Position numbers and translations under genes: made by a program. The notes under the pieces were generated by a model. The model worked only from the letters and a program-made list of their open reading frames with translations. It did no database searches and was not told the DNA's origin. 64,000 nucleotides of DNA from an uncultured Clostridia bacterium (lineage in GTDB: Bacteria > Bacillota > Clostridia > Christensenellales > CAG-138). Positions within the stretch are counted from its first letter, which is position 1, and each line of letters opens with the position of its first letter. The stretch spans positions 59,023 to 123,022 of the forward strand of contig CAMOGJ010000001.1 in NCBI GenBank assembly GCA_946614035.1. The letters are read 5' to 3'. Shown here piece after piece: positions 13,801-22,844 of the stretch.

Positions 13801-15252
13801 ATGATGAAACGCAACAACAAATGGATCGCTCTGCTCACGGCGGCGCTGATGGCGCTGTCCTTCGCGGGCTGCCTCGTCCCCGAGGCAAAGACGCCGGAAG
13901 CGAACGCATCCGCATCCGCAACCGACGCCGCGCCTGCCGCGCCGGTCGACACCGCGTCCTACGATCGCGAAGCGATTGCGGTCGAGCTCGGCGACATCAA
14001 GATCACCGCGGGTGAGATCGAGGACTCCTATAACTATTACGTGAGCATGCTGCAGAGCTACTACGGCGTGGAGATCACGGACGACGCGTCGATCAAGGAA
14101 TACCGCGATATGGCGATCAACGATCTGATCCACTACTATATGCCGCAGTGGAAGGCGGCGGAGCTCGGCGTCAAGCTGACCGCGGAGGAGGAAGCCGAAA
14201 TCGAAGCCGACGTCGACGCGCAGATCGACGAGCTGCGCACCGGTCTCATCTGTGAATACGCGCATGAGTACGGCGGAGCCGAGGAGGTCTATGACGACGT
14301 TTCCAAGCTCACGACGGAGGAACTGGACGGCGCGATGACGGAGATCAATCTGGAGCTGTCGCAGTATTTCCGCGAGGGCTATACGCTGGAGGACTACCTT
14401 GCGGAACAGCAGAAGAGTCTCATCGCCGACATGCGCACGTCGGCGATCTCCGATAAGCTGCGCGAGGCGAGCATGGGCGATTACAGCGTGAACGACGAAG
14501 CGGTCGAGACCTGGTATGCGGATACGCTGGAAGCGCAGAAGACCGCATACGATGCGGACCCGTCCGCGTATCGCGATGCCGTCGAGGACTATGCGTCCGG
14601 AAATTCGACCGTGCCGGTGCTGTACGCGCCGGAAGGCATGCTGCGCGTGCAGATCATCGAGATCGCGCCTGAAGCCGAGCGCGACATCAAGATCGATACG
14701 AACCGTTCGCAGATGGCGGAGCTCGAAGCGGAATACGGCAAGCTGGCGCTGAACAACGGTGAGGCGGAGCGGATGGCGGAAATCCTTCAAGAGTACGCGC
14801 TCTTAAAGACGGAAAACGATGCGCTCGAAGAGGCGTTCATCGGCGAGGCGCGCGCGAAGATCAACAAGGCGTATGAAGCGCTCGAGGAGGAAACGCCGTT
14901 CGAAGAGGTTATGAAGCAGTACAATGCCGAAGGCGCGGCGGCGGAAACGCTGCTGTGCGCGGACGGCGACGAGCGCTACGGCGAACTGTGCGACTTCGCG
15001 GCGGAGCTTTTGGAGGGCACGTATTCCGAACCGATTCTGATCGACGACGTGTACTATATCGTGAAGCTGATCGGCAAACAGCCCGCGGGCGTGATCGACC
15101 GCAATGAGATCGCGGACGCGATCCGCGCGGCTGCTGCGGCGGACTCGGAGGACGCGGAGTGGAACGCGCTGTACGAGGAATGGGAAACGGAAGCCGAAAC
15201 GGCAGCGATCCGTCATGAGGACGCGTACGCCGCAATCGGATATCTCGCATAA
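13801..15252 (+). CDS. Secreted lipoprotein, SurA-N/PrsA-like chaperone candidate (no recognisable PPIase signature)
   Basis: Start ATGATG at 13801. MMKRNNKWIALLTAALMALSFAGC is a signal peptide plus lipobox. Long acidic helical body. The position after mfd is where Clostridia usually carry a PrsA-like foldase. I could not see a parvulin motif. Confidence 0.45.
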   Translation: MMKRNNKWIALLTAALMALSFAGCLVPEAKTPEANASASATDAAPAAPVDTASYDREAIAVELGDIKITAGEIEDSYNYYVSMLQSYYGVEITDDASIKEYRDMAINDLIHYYMPQWKAAELGVKLTAEEEAEIEADVDAQIDELRTGLICEYAHEYGGAEEVYDDVSKLTTEELDGAMTEINLELSQYFREGYTLEDYLAEQQKSLIADMRTSAISDKLREASMGDYSVNDEAVETWYADTLEAQKTAYDADPSAYRDAVEDYASGNSTVPVLYAPEGMLRVQIIEIAPEAERDIKIDTNRSQMAELEAEYGKLALNNGEAERMAEILQEYALLKTENDALEEAFIGEARAKINKAYEALEEETPFEEVMKQYNAEGAAAETLLCADGDERYGELCDFAAELLEGTYSEPILIDDVYYIVKLIGKQPAGVIDRNEIADAIRAAAAADSEDAEWNALYEEWETEAETAAIRHEDAYAAIGYLA

Positions 15253-15260
15253 AACCGAAA

Positions 15261-15284
15261 GGGAAGACGCGTTCTTCCCTTTTA
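15261..15284 (+). terminator. Rho-independent terminator
   Basis: GGGAAGAcgcgtTCTTCCC followed by TTTTA, 9 nt after the stop at 15252. Confidence 0.6.
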
Positions 15285-15305
15285 CAAAATCATAAGGAGG
15301 AAACG

Positions 15306-15728
15306 ATGATGTATTGCACCAAATGCGGAAAACAGCTTCCCGACGACGCAACGTATTGCGATGCCTGCGGCATGCGCTTTGAACCGGAACAACCCGAATT
15401 GCAGTATGATCCGCCCAAGACAAAGGCGGAACCGAAACAGAACGAGGTGCCCAACGCCTTCCGCAAGTGGGTCAAGGAGCAGGGCCTGTTCTGCCTGATC
15501 GCGAAGGCGGTCGCCGTCACCGTGATGGCGTTCTATCTGCTCGTTGCGATCGTGCACATGATCTCGCTGGCCGTCGCCGGCTATCCGGGCGGCTCGATCT
15601 TCGCCCAGTTCTTCGCGGAGCTGCTGCAGGGTCTTTCCTACGGCGTGATCATCTGGCTGCTCTCCGACGCGGTTCTTTATCTACAGACGCTGGTCAAGAT
15701 GAAAAAGCAGGAACTGAAAAACAAATAA
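15306..15728 (+). CDS. Zinc-ribbon domain membrane protein
   Basis: 140 aa behind AAGGAGG. MMYCTKCGKQLPDDATYCDACG is a CxxC...CxxC zinc ribbon. Three C-terminal hydrophobic helices. Confidence 0.6.
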   Translation: MMYCTKCGKQLPDDATYCDACGMRFEPEQPELQYDPPKTKAEPKQNEVPNAFRKWVKEQGLFCLIAKAVAVTVMAFYLLVAIVHMISLAVAGYPGGSIFAQFFAELLQGLSYGVIIWLLSDAVLYLQTLVKMKKQELKNK

Positions 15729-15758
15729 CGCTTTCGAACACATAAATCTTTCAACGTG

Positions 15759-15790
15759 TGACAGACGCGCGTCTGTCATACGTTTTTTAT
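15759..15790 (+). terminator. Rho-independent terminator
   Basis: TGACAGACGCGCGTCTGTCA perfect hairpin followed by TACGTTTTTTATTT. Confidence 0.75.
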
Positions 15791-15795
15791 TTGCG

Positions 15796-15833
15796 ACAGC
15801 AAAAAGAAGACGTCTCGAGGATGAGACGTCTCC
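15796..15833 (-). terminator. Rho-independent terminator of icd
   Basis: On the minus strand: GAGACGTCTcatcctcAGACGTCTTCTTTTTGCT, 29 nt after the icd stop. Confidence 0.7.
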
Positions 15834-15861
15834 TGTTGGTCGGTGAAAGGGGAAACCGTTC

Positions 15862-17073
15862 TTACGCGAGCTTCTGTTCGAGGCGTGTGCGGATCGCCTT
15901 GATGAAGTCGAGCGTGTTGACCGCGGTCGGCGTGATGCCTTCGACGAGGTTCACGAGGTCCTTGGTCATGATGCCGTCCTTCAGCGTATCGATGCACGCC
16001 TCCTCAAGCTTCTCGCCGAACGCGACGAGGTCAGGCAGCTTGTCGAGCTCGCCGCGCTTTTTCAGCGCGCCGCTCCAGGCATAGATCGTCGCCATCGGGT
16101 TCGTGGAGGTTTCCTCGCCCTTCAGGTATTTATAGTAGTGCCGCGTGACGGTGCCGTGCGCCGCTTCGTACTCGAAGTTGCCGTCGGGGCTGCACAGCAC
16201 GGAGGTCATCATCGCAAGCGAGCCGAATGCGGTGGAAACCATGTCGCTCATGACGTCGCCGTCGTAGTTCTTGAGCGCCCAGATGAAGCCGCCCTTGGAG
16301 CGGATCACGCGCGCGACGGCGTCGTCGATCAGCGTGTAGAAGTAGGTCAGACCGAGCTGTTCGAACGTCTCCTTGTAGTCCTTTTCGTAGACCGCCTGGA
16401 AGATGTTGCGGAAGTTCATGTCGTACTTTTTGCTGATCGTATCCTTCGCGGAGAACCACAGATCCTGCTTCGTTTCGATCGCGTACTTGAAGCACGAATG
16501 CGCGAACGAGGTGATCGAGGTGTCCTTGTTATAGATGCTCTGCAGGATGCCGGGGCATTCGAAGTCGTAGACCGTCTCGCGGAAGGTCGCGCCGTTCTCG
16601 CCGGTAAAGACCAGCTCCGCCTTGCCCTTTTCGGGAACGCGGTATTCGGTGCCCTTGTAGAGATCGCCGTACGCGTGACGGGCGATCGTGATCGGCAGCT
16701 CCCAGTTCTTCACGACCGGCTTGATGTTGTCGATGATGATCGGCGCGCGGAACACGGTGCCGTCAAGGATCGCGCGGATCGTGCCGTTCGGGCTCTTCCA
16801 CATTTCGTGCAGGTTGTACTCGGTCATGCGCTGCGCGTTCGGCGTGATCGTTGCGCACTTGACGCCGACGCCGTACTTCTTGATCGCGTTGCCCGCGTCC
16901 TTGGTGATCTGATCCTTCGTCTGATCGCGCATCGGAAGGCCGAGGTCGTAGTATTCGGTCTTCAGATCGACAAACGGCAGAAGCAGCTCGTCCTTGATCA
17001 TCTTCCAGATGATTCGCGTCATTTCGTCGCCGTCCATCTCGACGAGCGGGGTCGTCATTCTGATCTTTTCCAT
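15862..17073 (-). CDS. icd: NADP-dependent isocitrate dehydrogenase (subfamily II, eukaryote-like ~400 aa type)
   Basis: 403 aa behind AGGAGGAA. ...[13 protein letters not shown]..., ...[11 protein letters not shown]..., ...[11 protein letters not shown]... are hallmark motifs of the IDH1/2-like homodimeric enzymes. Confidence 0.92.
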   Translation of the reverse strand: MEKIRMTTPLVEMDGDEMTRIIWKMIKDELLLPFVDLKTEYYDLGLPMRDQTKDQITKDAGNAIKKYGVGVKCATITPNAQRMTEYNLHEMWKSPNGTIRAILDGTVFRAPIIIDNIKPVVKNWELPITIARHAYGDLYKGTEYRVPEKGKAELVFTGENGATFRETVYDFECPGILQSIYNKDTSITSFAHSCFKYAIETKQDLWFSAKDTISKKYDMNFRNIFQAVYEKDYKETFEQLGLTYFYTLIDDAVARVIRSKGGFIWALKNYDGDVMSDMVSTAFGSLAMMTSVLCSPDGNFEYEAAHGTVTRHYYKYLKGEETSTNPMATIYAWSGALKKRGELDKLPDLVAFGEKLEEACIDTLKDGIMTKDLVNLVEGITPTAVNTLDFIKAIRTRLEQKLA

Positions 17074-17098
17074 GTGTTCCTCCTGTCAATATGCAAGC

Positions 17099-19342
17099 TT
17101 ATTTGTTCTGTGCCGCGTAGTAGTTCATGAGGCACCCTTCGAGGATGATCGTCTTTTCATCCGCGGTCAGCCCCTTCACATAGAGCATCAGGTCCTCAAC
17201 CGTGCCGTCCTTTTTGATCGCCTTTGCGGGAATCTCCTCCCTGCCGGTCGCAATCGCCTCGCGCACGCCGGGAACGAAGATACAGTCGCCTTCCTCGTAC
17301 GGGAACGCCGCGCCTTCCGCAAGCGTGAACGGGACGATGCCCCAGTTGATGCAGTTGGAGCGATAGCGCTTGGTCGCGTATTCATAGCAGATGTTCGCAA
17401 AGCCGCCGAGCACCTTCTGGCAGGATGCCGCCTGCTCGCGCGCGGAGCCGTCGCCCGGCTTGTTCGCAAACACGCAGGAACCGAACTGGGTGTTCTTGAT
17501 AAGCGCGTTCGCGTCGCCGACCTTGGACAGCGCGTTCACGATCTTTTCGGGCTTTTCGCCGCTGCGGCGCGCCGCTTCGTCGGCGCTGACCGCCTTGGAG
17601 CGTCCGACGTATTCGGGCACGCGGCGGGACAGAGCGAACTCGGAGAGGCGCAGCGGGTTGCTGCGGTACGACGATGTTTCGCCGGACGGGATCAGCTCGT
17701 CGGTCGTCGTGACCGGATCGCGGATCACCGCGTCAAGCTCCAGCAGCATGTTGTCGGTCAGCGGATACATCTTCGGCCAGTCGGTGATGTTTGGACCGAG
17801 GATCAATTCCTCTTCGGGATGCGGGTTTGCGAAGCCGTAGTAGCAGCGCTTCTCGTAAACGGAGCGGTCGAACACGTACGGTACGCGCTCGCTCTCGTAG
17901 TCGATGTCGGTTGCCGCGGTGATGTAGCCGCCGTTTCTGGCGGTTGCCGCGATCGAGCGCGCGTCCATCAGCGCGACGGCGCTGATCTGTCCCTCGCCGG
18001 GCTTGGAACCCTCGCGGTTCGGGAAGTTGCGCGTCGTGTGGCGCAGCGACAGCCCGTTGTTCGCCGGCACGTCGCCTGCGCCGAAGCACGGTCCGCAGAA
18101 CGACGGCTTGATGAGCGCGCCGGATTCCAGCAGCGCTTCGGTCTTGCCGGCGCGGGTCAGCGCAAGACTCGTCGGAACGCTCGTCGGATAGACGGAGAAG
18201 GAGAAGTAGCCGTTGCCGATGCTGCCGCCCTTCATGATGTCCGCCGCCTCGACGATGTTGTCGAACAGACCGCCGGAGCAGCCCGCGATGATGCCCTGAT
18301 CGGCGAGAACGCCCTTTTCGGACACCTTCGCGCGAAGGTCCATATGCGCCTTGGGGAACTTCTTTTTCGCTTCCGCCTCGACCTTTGCGAGGATTTCATC
18401 CGCGTGTTCGAGGAACTCATGGATCGTGTACGCGTTGGAGGGATGGAACGGCAGCGCGATCATGGACTCGACCTTGTCGAGCTCAATCGTGATCATTGCA
18501 TCGTAGAACGCGCCTTCCGCGGGCTCCAGCTTCTCGTATGCGAACGGACGCTGATGAATGTTGTAGTAGGATTCAATCTCCTCGTCGGTCGCCCAGATCG
18601 AGGACAGGCAGGTCGTTTCGGTCGTCATCACGTCGATGCCGGAACGGAAATCGTACGGCAGGTTCTTAAGACCCGGACCCGCAAATTCGAGCACCTTGTT
18701 CTTGACGAGTCCTTCGCCGAACGTCGCTTTGACGAGCGCGAGCGCCACGTCGTGCGGACCGACGCCCTTCTTGGGCGCACCGGTCAGATAACACAGCACC
18801 ACTTCGGGCGGCTTGACGTCGTAGGTGTTCTTCAAAAGCTGCTTGACGAGCTCCGGACCGCCCTCGCCGACGCCCATCGTACCGAGCGCGCCGTAGCGCG
18901 TGTGGCTGTCGGAGCCGAGGATCATATTGCCGCAGGTAGCGAGTTCTTCGCGCGCATAGGAATGGATGACGCTCTGGTTGGCAGGCACGTAGATGCCGCC
19001 GTACTTCTTAGCCGCCGAAAGACCGAAGACGTGGTCGTCCTCGTTGATCGTGCCGCCGACTGCGCACAGCGAATTGTGGCAGTTCGTCATGGCGTAGGGG
19101 ATCGGGAATTCCTTGAGTCCGCTCGCCCGCGCCGTCTGAATGATGCCGACGTAGGTGATGTCGTGCGAGACGAGCGCGTCGAAATGGATGTGCATGACGC
19201 CGTCGTTGCTCGGCTCGCGATGCGCGTTCATGATCCGATAGGCGATCGTGCCGTTGCGCCATTTCGCCTTGTCGATGTCCGCGGGCGCCGGCTGCGGCGC
19301 GCCGTTGATCCACTGCATGCCCTGTGCGTGATACGTGATCAT
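17099..19342 (-). CDS. Aconitate hydratase
   Basis: Track ORF trimmed to ATG 19342 (MITYHAQGMQ) behind GGAGGAG. Fe-S ligand regions ...ILGSDSHTRYG... and ...FCGPCFGAGD..., NFPNREGS, and a C-terminal swivel domain. Only 25 nt upstream of icd, so a likely acn-icd operon. Confidence 0.88.
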   Translation of the reverse strand: MITYHAQGMQWINGAPQPAPADIDKAKWRNGTIAYRIMNAHREPSNDGVMHIHFDALVSHDITYVGIIQTARASGLKEFPIPYAMTNCHNSLCAVGGTINEDDHVFGLSAAKKYGGIYVPANQSVIHSYAREELATCGNMILGSDSHTRYGALGTMGVGEGGPELVKQLLKNTYDVKPPEVVLCYLTGAPKKGVGPHDVALALVKATFGEGLVKNKVLEFAGPGLKNLPYDFRSGIDVMTTETTCLSSIWATDEEIESYYNIHQRPFAYEKLEPAEGAFYDAMITIELDKVESMIALPFHPSNAYTIHEFLEHADEILAKVEAEAKKKFPKAHMDLRAKVSEKGVLADQGIIAGCSGGLFDNIVEAADIMKGGSIGNGYFSFSVYPTSVPTSLALTRAGKTEALLESGALIKPSFCGPCFGAGDVPANNGLSLRHTTRNFPNREGSKPGEGQISAVALMDARSIAATARNGGYITAATDIDYESERVPYVFDRSVYEKRCYYGFANPHPEEELILGPNITDWPKMYPLTDNMLLELDAVIRDPVTTTDELIPSGETSSYRSNPLRLSEFALSRRVPEYVGRSKAVSADEAARRSGEKPEKIVNALSKVGDANALIKNTQFGSCVFANKPGDGSAREQAASCQKVLGGFANICYEYATKRYRSNCINWGIVPFTLAEGAAFPYEEGDCIFVPGVREAIATGREEIPAKAIKKDGTVEDLMLYVKGLTADEKTIILEGCLMNYYAAQNK

Positions 19343-19409
19343 CTGTTTCGTCTCCTCCGAAGTGAAATTTAGGTTCTTGCCGTGCGGGTTGCCCGCTCTT
19401 CCGATTACA

Positions 19410-19438
19410 ATTATAAGAGCAACTATGTATATTTTCAA
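19410..19438 (-). promoter_or_regulatory. Putative sigma-A promoter of aconitase-icd
   Basis: Minus strand reads TTGAAA (19438-19433), 17-nt spacer, TATAAT (19415-19410), in the AT-rich divergent region. Confidence 0.5.
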
Positions 19439-19456
19439 ATATATTTTTTATAAATT

Positions 19457-19477
19457 ATCATAGAGAATCTCTATGAT
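19457..19477. promoter_or_regulatory. Perfect 21-bp palindromic operator candidate (LysR-type T-N11-A)
   Basis: ATCATAGAGA-A-TCTCTATGAT: 10-bp perfect inverted arms. The inner TAGAGAATCTCTA is a T-N11-A motif. Lies 18 nt upstream of the acn -35 and 14 nt upstream of the citC -35. Confidence 0.55.
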
Positions 19478-19491
19478 TGCGCAATTGGGAC

Positions 19492-19521
19492 TTGTCAAGC
19501 GGTATGCGCATCTGCTATACT
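19492..19521 (+). promoter_or_regulatory. Putative sigma-A promoter of citC-citXG-lysR
   Basis: TTGTCA (19492-19497), 18-nt spacer, TATACT (19516-19521). Confidence 0.4.
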
Positions 19522-19612
19522 GAAAACGGACGGATGCGGCGTCGAAATGACCGGTTTTCGGGGAAAAGACGGGCATCTATGCGACAATATCGTGACCGAA
19601 TGGGAGGCAATT

Positions 19613-20593
19613 GTGGACGTTTCTCTGCTTCCGGCGCCGCTGAAGGGCAGAATGGCGGCACGTTATAAAGAATTTCTATCTACATGCGGACTTCGGGACG
19701 AAGGGGATGCAGACGTGATCGTGCTGATGACGGACGACGATTTCAACATCGTTGCCGCCGGTGCGCGCGCGGGGCAGACCTTGAAGCAGTTTGCCGTTTC
19801 GCCCGACTTTGAGGGCGGCGGCGCCTGCGCGACGGTGCTGTCGTCGCTGCTGAGCGACGCGATGCAGCGCGGAATCACGCGGCTGTTTCTCTGCACGAAG
19901 CCGAAGAACCGGAGCATGTTCGCGTCGATGGGCTTCGAGCCGATCGTTTCGACGGCGGACGCCGTGCTGATGGAGAACCGCAGAAACGGGCTGGAGGAAT
20001 ATCTTCGTTCGATCCCGCGCCGCGAGGGCAAATGCGGCGCGATCGTGATGAACTGCGATCCGTTCACCAAGGGACACCTGCATCTGATCGAATATGCCGC
20101 CGCGCACTGCGACGCGCTCTACGTGTTCGTGGTGTCGGAGGGCGGCTCGCTGTTTACGCCCGAAGAGCGCTTCTCGATGATCGAGCGCGGCAGCGCGCAC
20201 ATCAAGAACCGCATCATTTGCCAAAGCGAATCGTACCTCGTCTCGCGCGCGACGTTTCCGGCGTACTTCATCCGCGACGAGGCGAACGTGGACCGCGTGC
20301 GCGCCGACCTCGATATCGAACTGTTCCGCTCGCGCATCGCGCCTGCGCTGCACATCACGGCGCGCTTCGTCGGCGAGGAACCGTTTTCACCGACCACGCG
20401 TGCGTACAACGAGCGCATGAAGGAGCTTTTGCCGCAAAAGGGCATCGAACTGTGCGAGATCCCGCGCCTCGCGGGCATCAGCGCAAGCCGCGTGCGCGCG
20501 CTGATCAAAGAGGGACGCATCGAAGAGACCAGAGAACTTGTTCCGGAGACGACTTATGAAACCATCCTCCGTCACGTTGGCGCAAATGCTTGA
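19613..20593 (+). CDS. citC: [Citrate (pro-3S)-lyase] ligase
   Basis: N-terminal GNAT-like part, then a cytidylyltransferase-like part (...MNCDPFTKGHLHLIEYAA..LYVFVVSE..SLF..EERF...) typical of CitC. Start set at GTG 19613 behind GGGAGG. ATG 19547 in the same frame is the alternative. Confidence 0.8.
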   Translation: MDVSLLPAPLKGRMAARYKEFLSTCGLRDEGDADVIVLMTDDDFNIVAAGARAGQTLKQFAVSPDFEGGGACATVLSSLLSDAMQRGITRLFLCTKPKNRSMFASMGFEPIVSTADAVLMENRRNGLEEYLRSIPRREGKCGAIVMNCDPFTKGHLHLIEYAAAHCDALYVFVVSEGGSLFTPEERFSMIERGSAHIKNRIICQSESYLVSRATFPAYFIRDEANVDRVRADLDIELFRSRIAPALHITARFVGEEPFSPTTRAYNERMKELLPQKGIELCEIPRLAGISASRVRALIKEGRIEETRELVPETTYETILRHVGANA

Positions 20594-21869
20594 CGCGCGC
20601 GAGCGCCGCGCCTTTGCGCAGACCGCACTGCTGCGGCAGGCGGACGCGAACGATTGTCTCGTTTCGTTTTCCTTAAATATCGCGGGCGACGTTAAGCGCA
20701 CGCCCAAGACACGGCTGCTGTTCGATCGGGGGCTGCGCACGTTCGACGCGCTCGGCTTTGCGCAGCGGGCGCGGACGGTCACAGACGCGGTCACCGGAAC
20801 CGAAGCGCTGATCCTGGTGCGGGCGAACGCAAAGACGGTCAAAACCGTTCTCGAACGGCTTGAGGAAGCGGCGCCGTGGGCGCGTCTGTTCGATTTCGAC
20901 GTGCTGAACGCGGCAGGGGAAAAGCTGTCGCGAAAGGAGCCGCGCCGCTGCCTCGTATGCGGCGGTCCCGCGGCGGACTGCGCGCGTTCGCGCGCGCACG
21001 GACTGGACGCGGTCAGGGCGGCGACCGATGCGCTGCTGGACGAATGCTGCGCCGACACGCTCGCTTTGACGGCGCACGCCGCGCTCGAACGCGAGCTGCG
21101 CACGACGCCAAAGCCCGGCCTGGTCGATGAAAACAACAACGGCGCGCATGCCGACATGGATGTTCCGCTGTTTCTGAAAAGCGTGGCGTCGCTCGTGCCG
21201 TACTTTCGCACGGCGGTGCGGCTCGGGATGCACAGCGCCGGCATGGACGCGCTGAAGGAGGCGGGGCTTGACGCCGAGCGCGCCATGTTCGAGGCGACGG
21301 ACGGCGTGAACACGCACAAGGGCATGGTCTATTCGATGGGGCTTTTGCTGTACGGCATGGGCGAATCGCTCTGCAGCGGCGCGGACGCGATCGACTGCGC
21401 GGCGCATCTTGCGGCGGTTGATGCGAACGACCGGCTTTCCCGCGCAAAACGGTGTCGCGATACGAACGGCGGCAGGGTCTATGCGGACACGGGCGCGACC
21501 GGCGCGGTCGGCGAGGCGGCGGGCGGCTTTACACACGCGCGCTTTTGCGCGGACCGGCTGGCGTTCTACCGCGATACGGGCGCCGTCAATCCCGGCGCGC
21601 TTGCGCTGTGTGACACGATGGCGATCTTAGAGGATACGAACGTGCTGCACCGCGGCGGCAGGGAAGGGCTTGCCTTCCTGCAGGGAGAGGCGCGGCGCAT
21701 CGGCGCGCTCGATCCGGAAGAACGCGAAGCGGCGCTCTGTGCGCTCGATGCGGCCTGCATCCGGCGCAACCTTTCGCCGGGCGGCAGCGCGGACATGCTC
21801 GCGCTCGCATACCTGCTCGACGCGTGGCGCGCGCTTAAAAAGGACCTTTTTTGGGAGGTGTGCGCATGA
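20556..21869 (+). CDS. citXG: Bifunctional CitX-CitG: apo-citrate lyase phosphoribosyl-dephospho-CoA transferase fused to triphosphoribosyl-dephospho-CoA synthase
   Basis: Start ATG 20556 behind GGAGA, overlapping the citC end. The N-terminal ~170 aa (LAQMLDARERR..., LFDFDVL) is CitX-like. The C-terminal ~260 aa (...TTPKPGLVD..NNGAH.DM....F..S..., ...SPGGSADMLA...) is CitG-like. Confidence 0.75.
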   Translation: MKPSSVTLAQMLDARERRAFAQTALLRQADANDCLVSFSLNIAGDVKRTPKTRLLFDRGLRTFDALGFAQRARTVTDAVTGTEALILVRANAKTVKTVLERLEEAAPWARLFDFDVLNAAGEKLSRKEPRRCLVCGGPAADCARSRAHGLDAVRAATDALLDECCADTLALTAHAALERELRTTPKPGLVDENNNGAHADMDVPLFLKSVASLVPYFRTAVRLGMHSAGMDALKEAGLDAERAMFEATDGVNTHKGMVYSMGLLLYGMGESLCSGADAIDCAAHLAAVDANDRLSRAKRCRDTNGGRVYADTGATGAVGEAAGGFTHARFCADRLAFYRDTGAVNPGALALCDTMAILEDTNVLHRGGREGLAFLQGEARRIGALDPEEREAALCALDAACIRRNLSPGGSADMLALAYLLDAWRALKKDLFWEVCA

Positions 21870-22756
21870 CGCTGCAGCAGCTTCGCTATTTTTGCGTGAC
21901 CGCCGAGGTCCTGCACTACACACGCGCGGCGGACCTTCTGTATATCTCGCAGCCGAGCCTTTCCTATGCGCTGTCCAAGCTCGAAAAGGAACTGAACATG
22001 CCTCTGTTCGAAAAGCGCGGCAAGCAGATCGCGTTGACGACCTACGGTGCGGAGTTTCTGCCCTACGCAAAGCGCGCGCTCGCCGAGCTGTCCAAGGGAC
22101 AGGAGCGCTTGAAGGAGCTTCGCGCGCCGAGCGCGGGGATCATCAACCTCGGCTACATTTACAGCGTCAGCTTTTCGGTACTGCCGACGTTCGTGGACCA
22201 GTTCTATGCGCACAACGGCAACCGGCAGACCGCGTTCCGCTTCCATCAGGGGATGGGCGGCCTGCTGATCGAGCAGCTGCTGAACGGCTCGCTCGACCTT
22301 CTGATCGCGGGCAAGCCGGACATCGATTCGATCGACTACCTGACGATCGCCAGTCAGGAGCTGTTTTTGGCGGTTCCGGCGTCGCACCGGCTCGCCGCGC
22401 GCGAATCGGTTGCGCTGACGGACATCGCGGGCGAGCAGTTCATTTCGATCACGCACGACGCGATCATCTACCGGCAGCTTGCGGACCGGTTCAAAAAGGC
22501 GGGGTTTACGCCGAACATCGTGTTCGAGGCGGACGAATACAGCTCGATCGCCGCGTCGGTCACGCTCGGCGCGGGCGTCGCGATCGTGCCGAAGCTTCCC
22601 GTGCTCGAAAACTTCAACCTCAAACTGATCCCGTTCTCGGACGCGTCGATGAAACGCGAGGTGTGCATGCTGCGCTATAAGATGCGCGCTATGTCGCCCG
22701 CGGCGCAAAGCGTATGGACCTTCGCAAAGCAGGCGTCCGAACGCTTCCGCTCCTGA
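21866..22756 (+). CDS. LysR-family transcriptional regulator
   Basis: Start ATG 21866 behind GGGAGG, overlapping the citXG stop (ATGA). MTLQQLRYFCVTAEVLHYTRAADLLYISQPSLSYALSKLEKEL is the LTTR winged HTH. The C-terminal part is a substrate-binding domain. Confidence 0.9.
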   Translation: MTLQQLRYFCVTAEVLHYTRAADLLYISQPSLSYALSKLEKELNMPLFEKRGKQIALTTYGAEFLPYAKRALAELSKGQERLKELRAPSAGIINLGYIYSVSFSVLPTFVDQFYAHNGNRQTAFRFHQGMGGLLIEQLLNGSLDLLIAGKPDIDSIDYLTIASQELFLAVPASHRLAARESVALTDIAGEQFISITHDAIIYRQLADRFKKAGFTPNIVFEADEYSSIAASVTLGAGVAIVPKLPVLENFNLKLIPFSDASMKREVCMLRYKMRAMSPAAQSVWTFAKQASERFRS

Positions 22757-22760
22757 ACAG

Positions 22761-22805
22761 AAAAAATCCCGAAACGCCGACCGGCGCTTCGGGATTCTTT
22801 TTTAT
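22761..22805. terminator. Bidirectional rho-independent terminator
   Basis: AAAAAATCCCGAAacgccgaccggcgcTTCGGGATTCTTTTTT between the convergent LysR gene and the topoisomerase A-subunit gene. Confidence 0.75.
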
Positions 22806-22844
22806 TGGTGTTTACGGGACTGCCCGCGCGAGCGGGCGTTCCTC

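Noticed and set aside
19547-19612. Upstream ATG 19547 as the citC start.
   Set aside because: It has no Shine-Dalgarno sequence and lies only about 26 nt from the predicted -10. GTG 19613 has GGGAGG at ideal spacing. It is kept as an alternative because I cannot verify the N-terminus.
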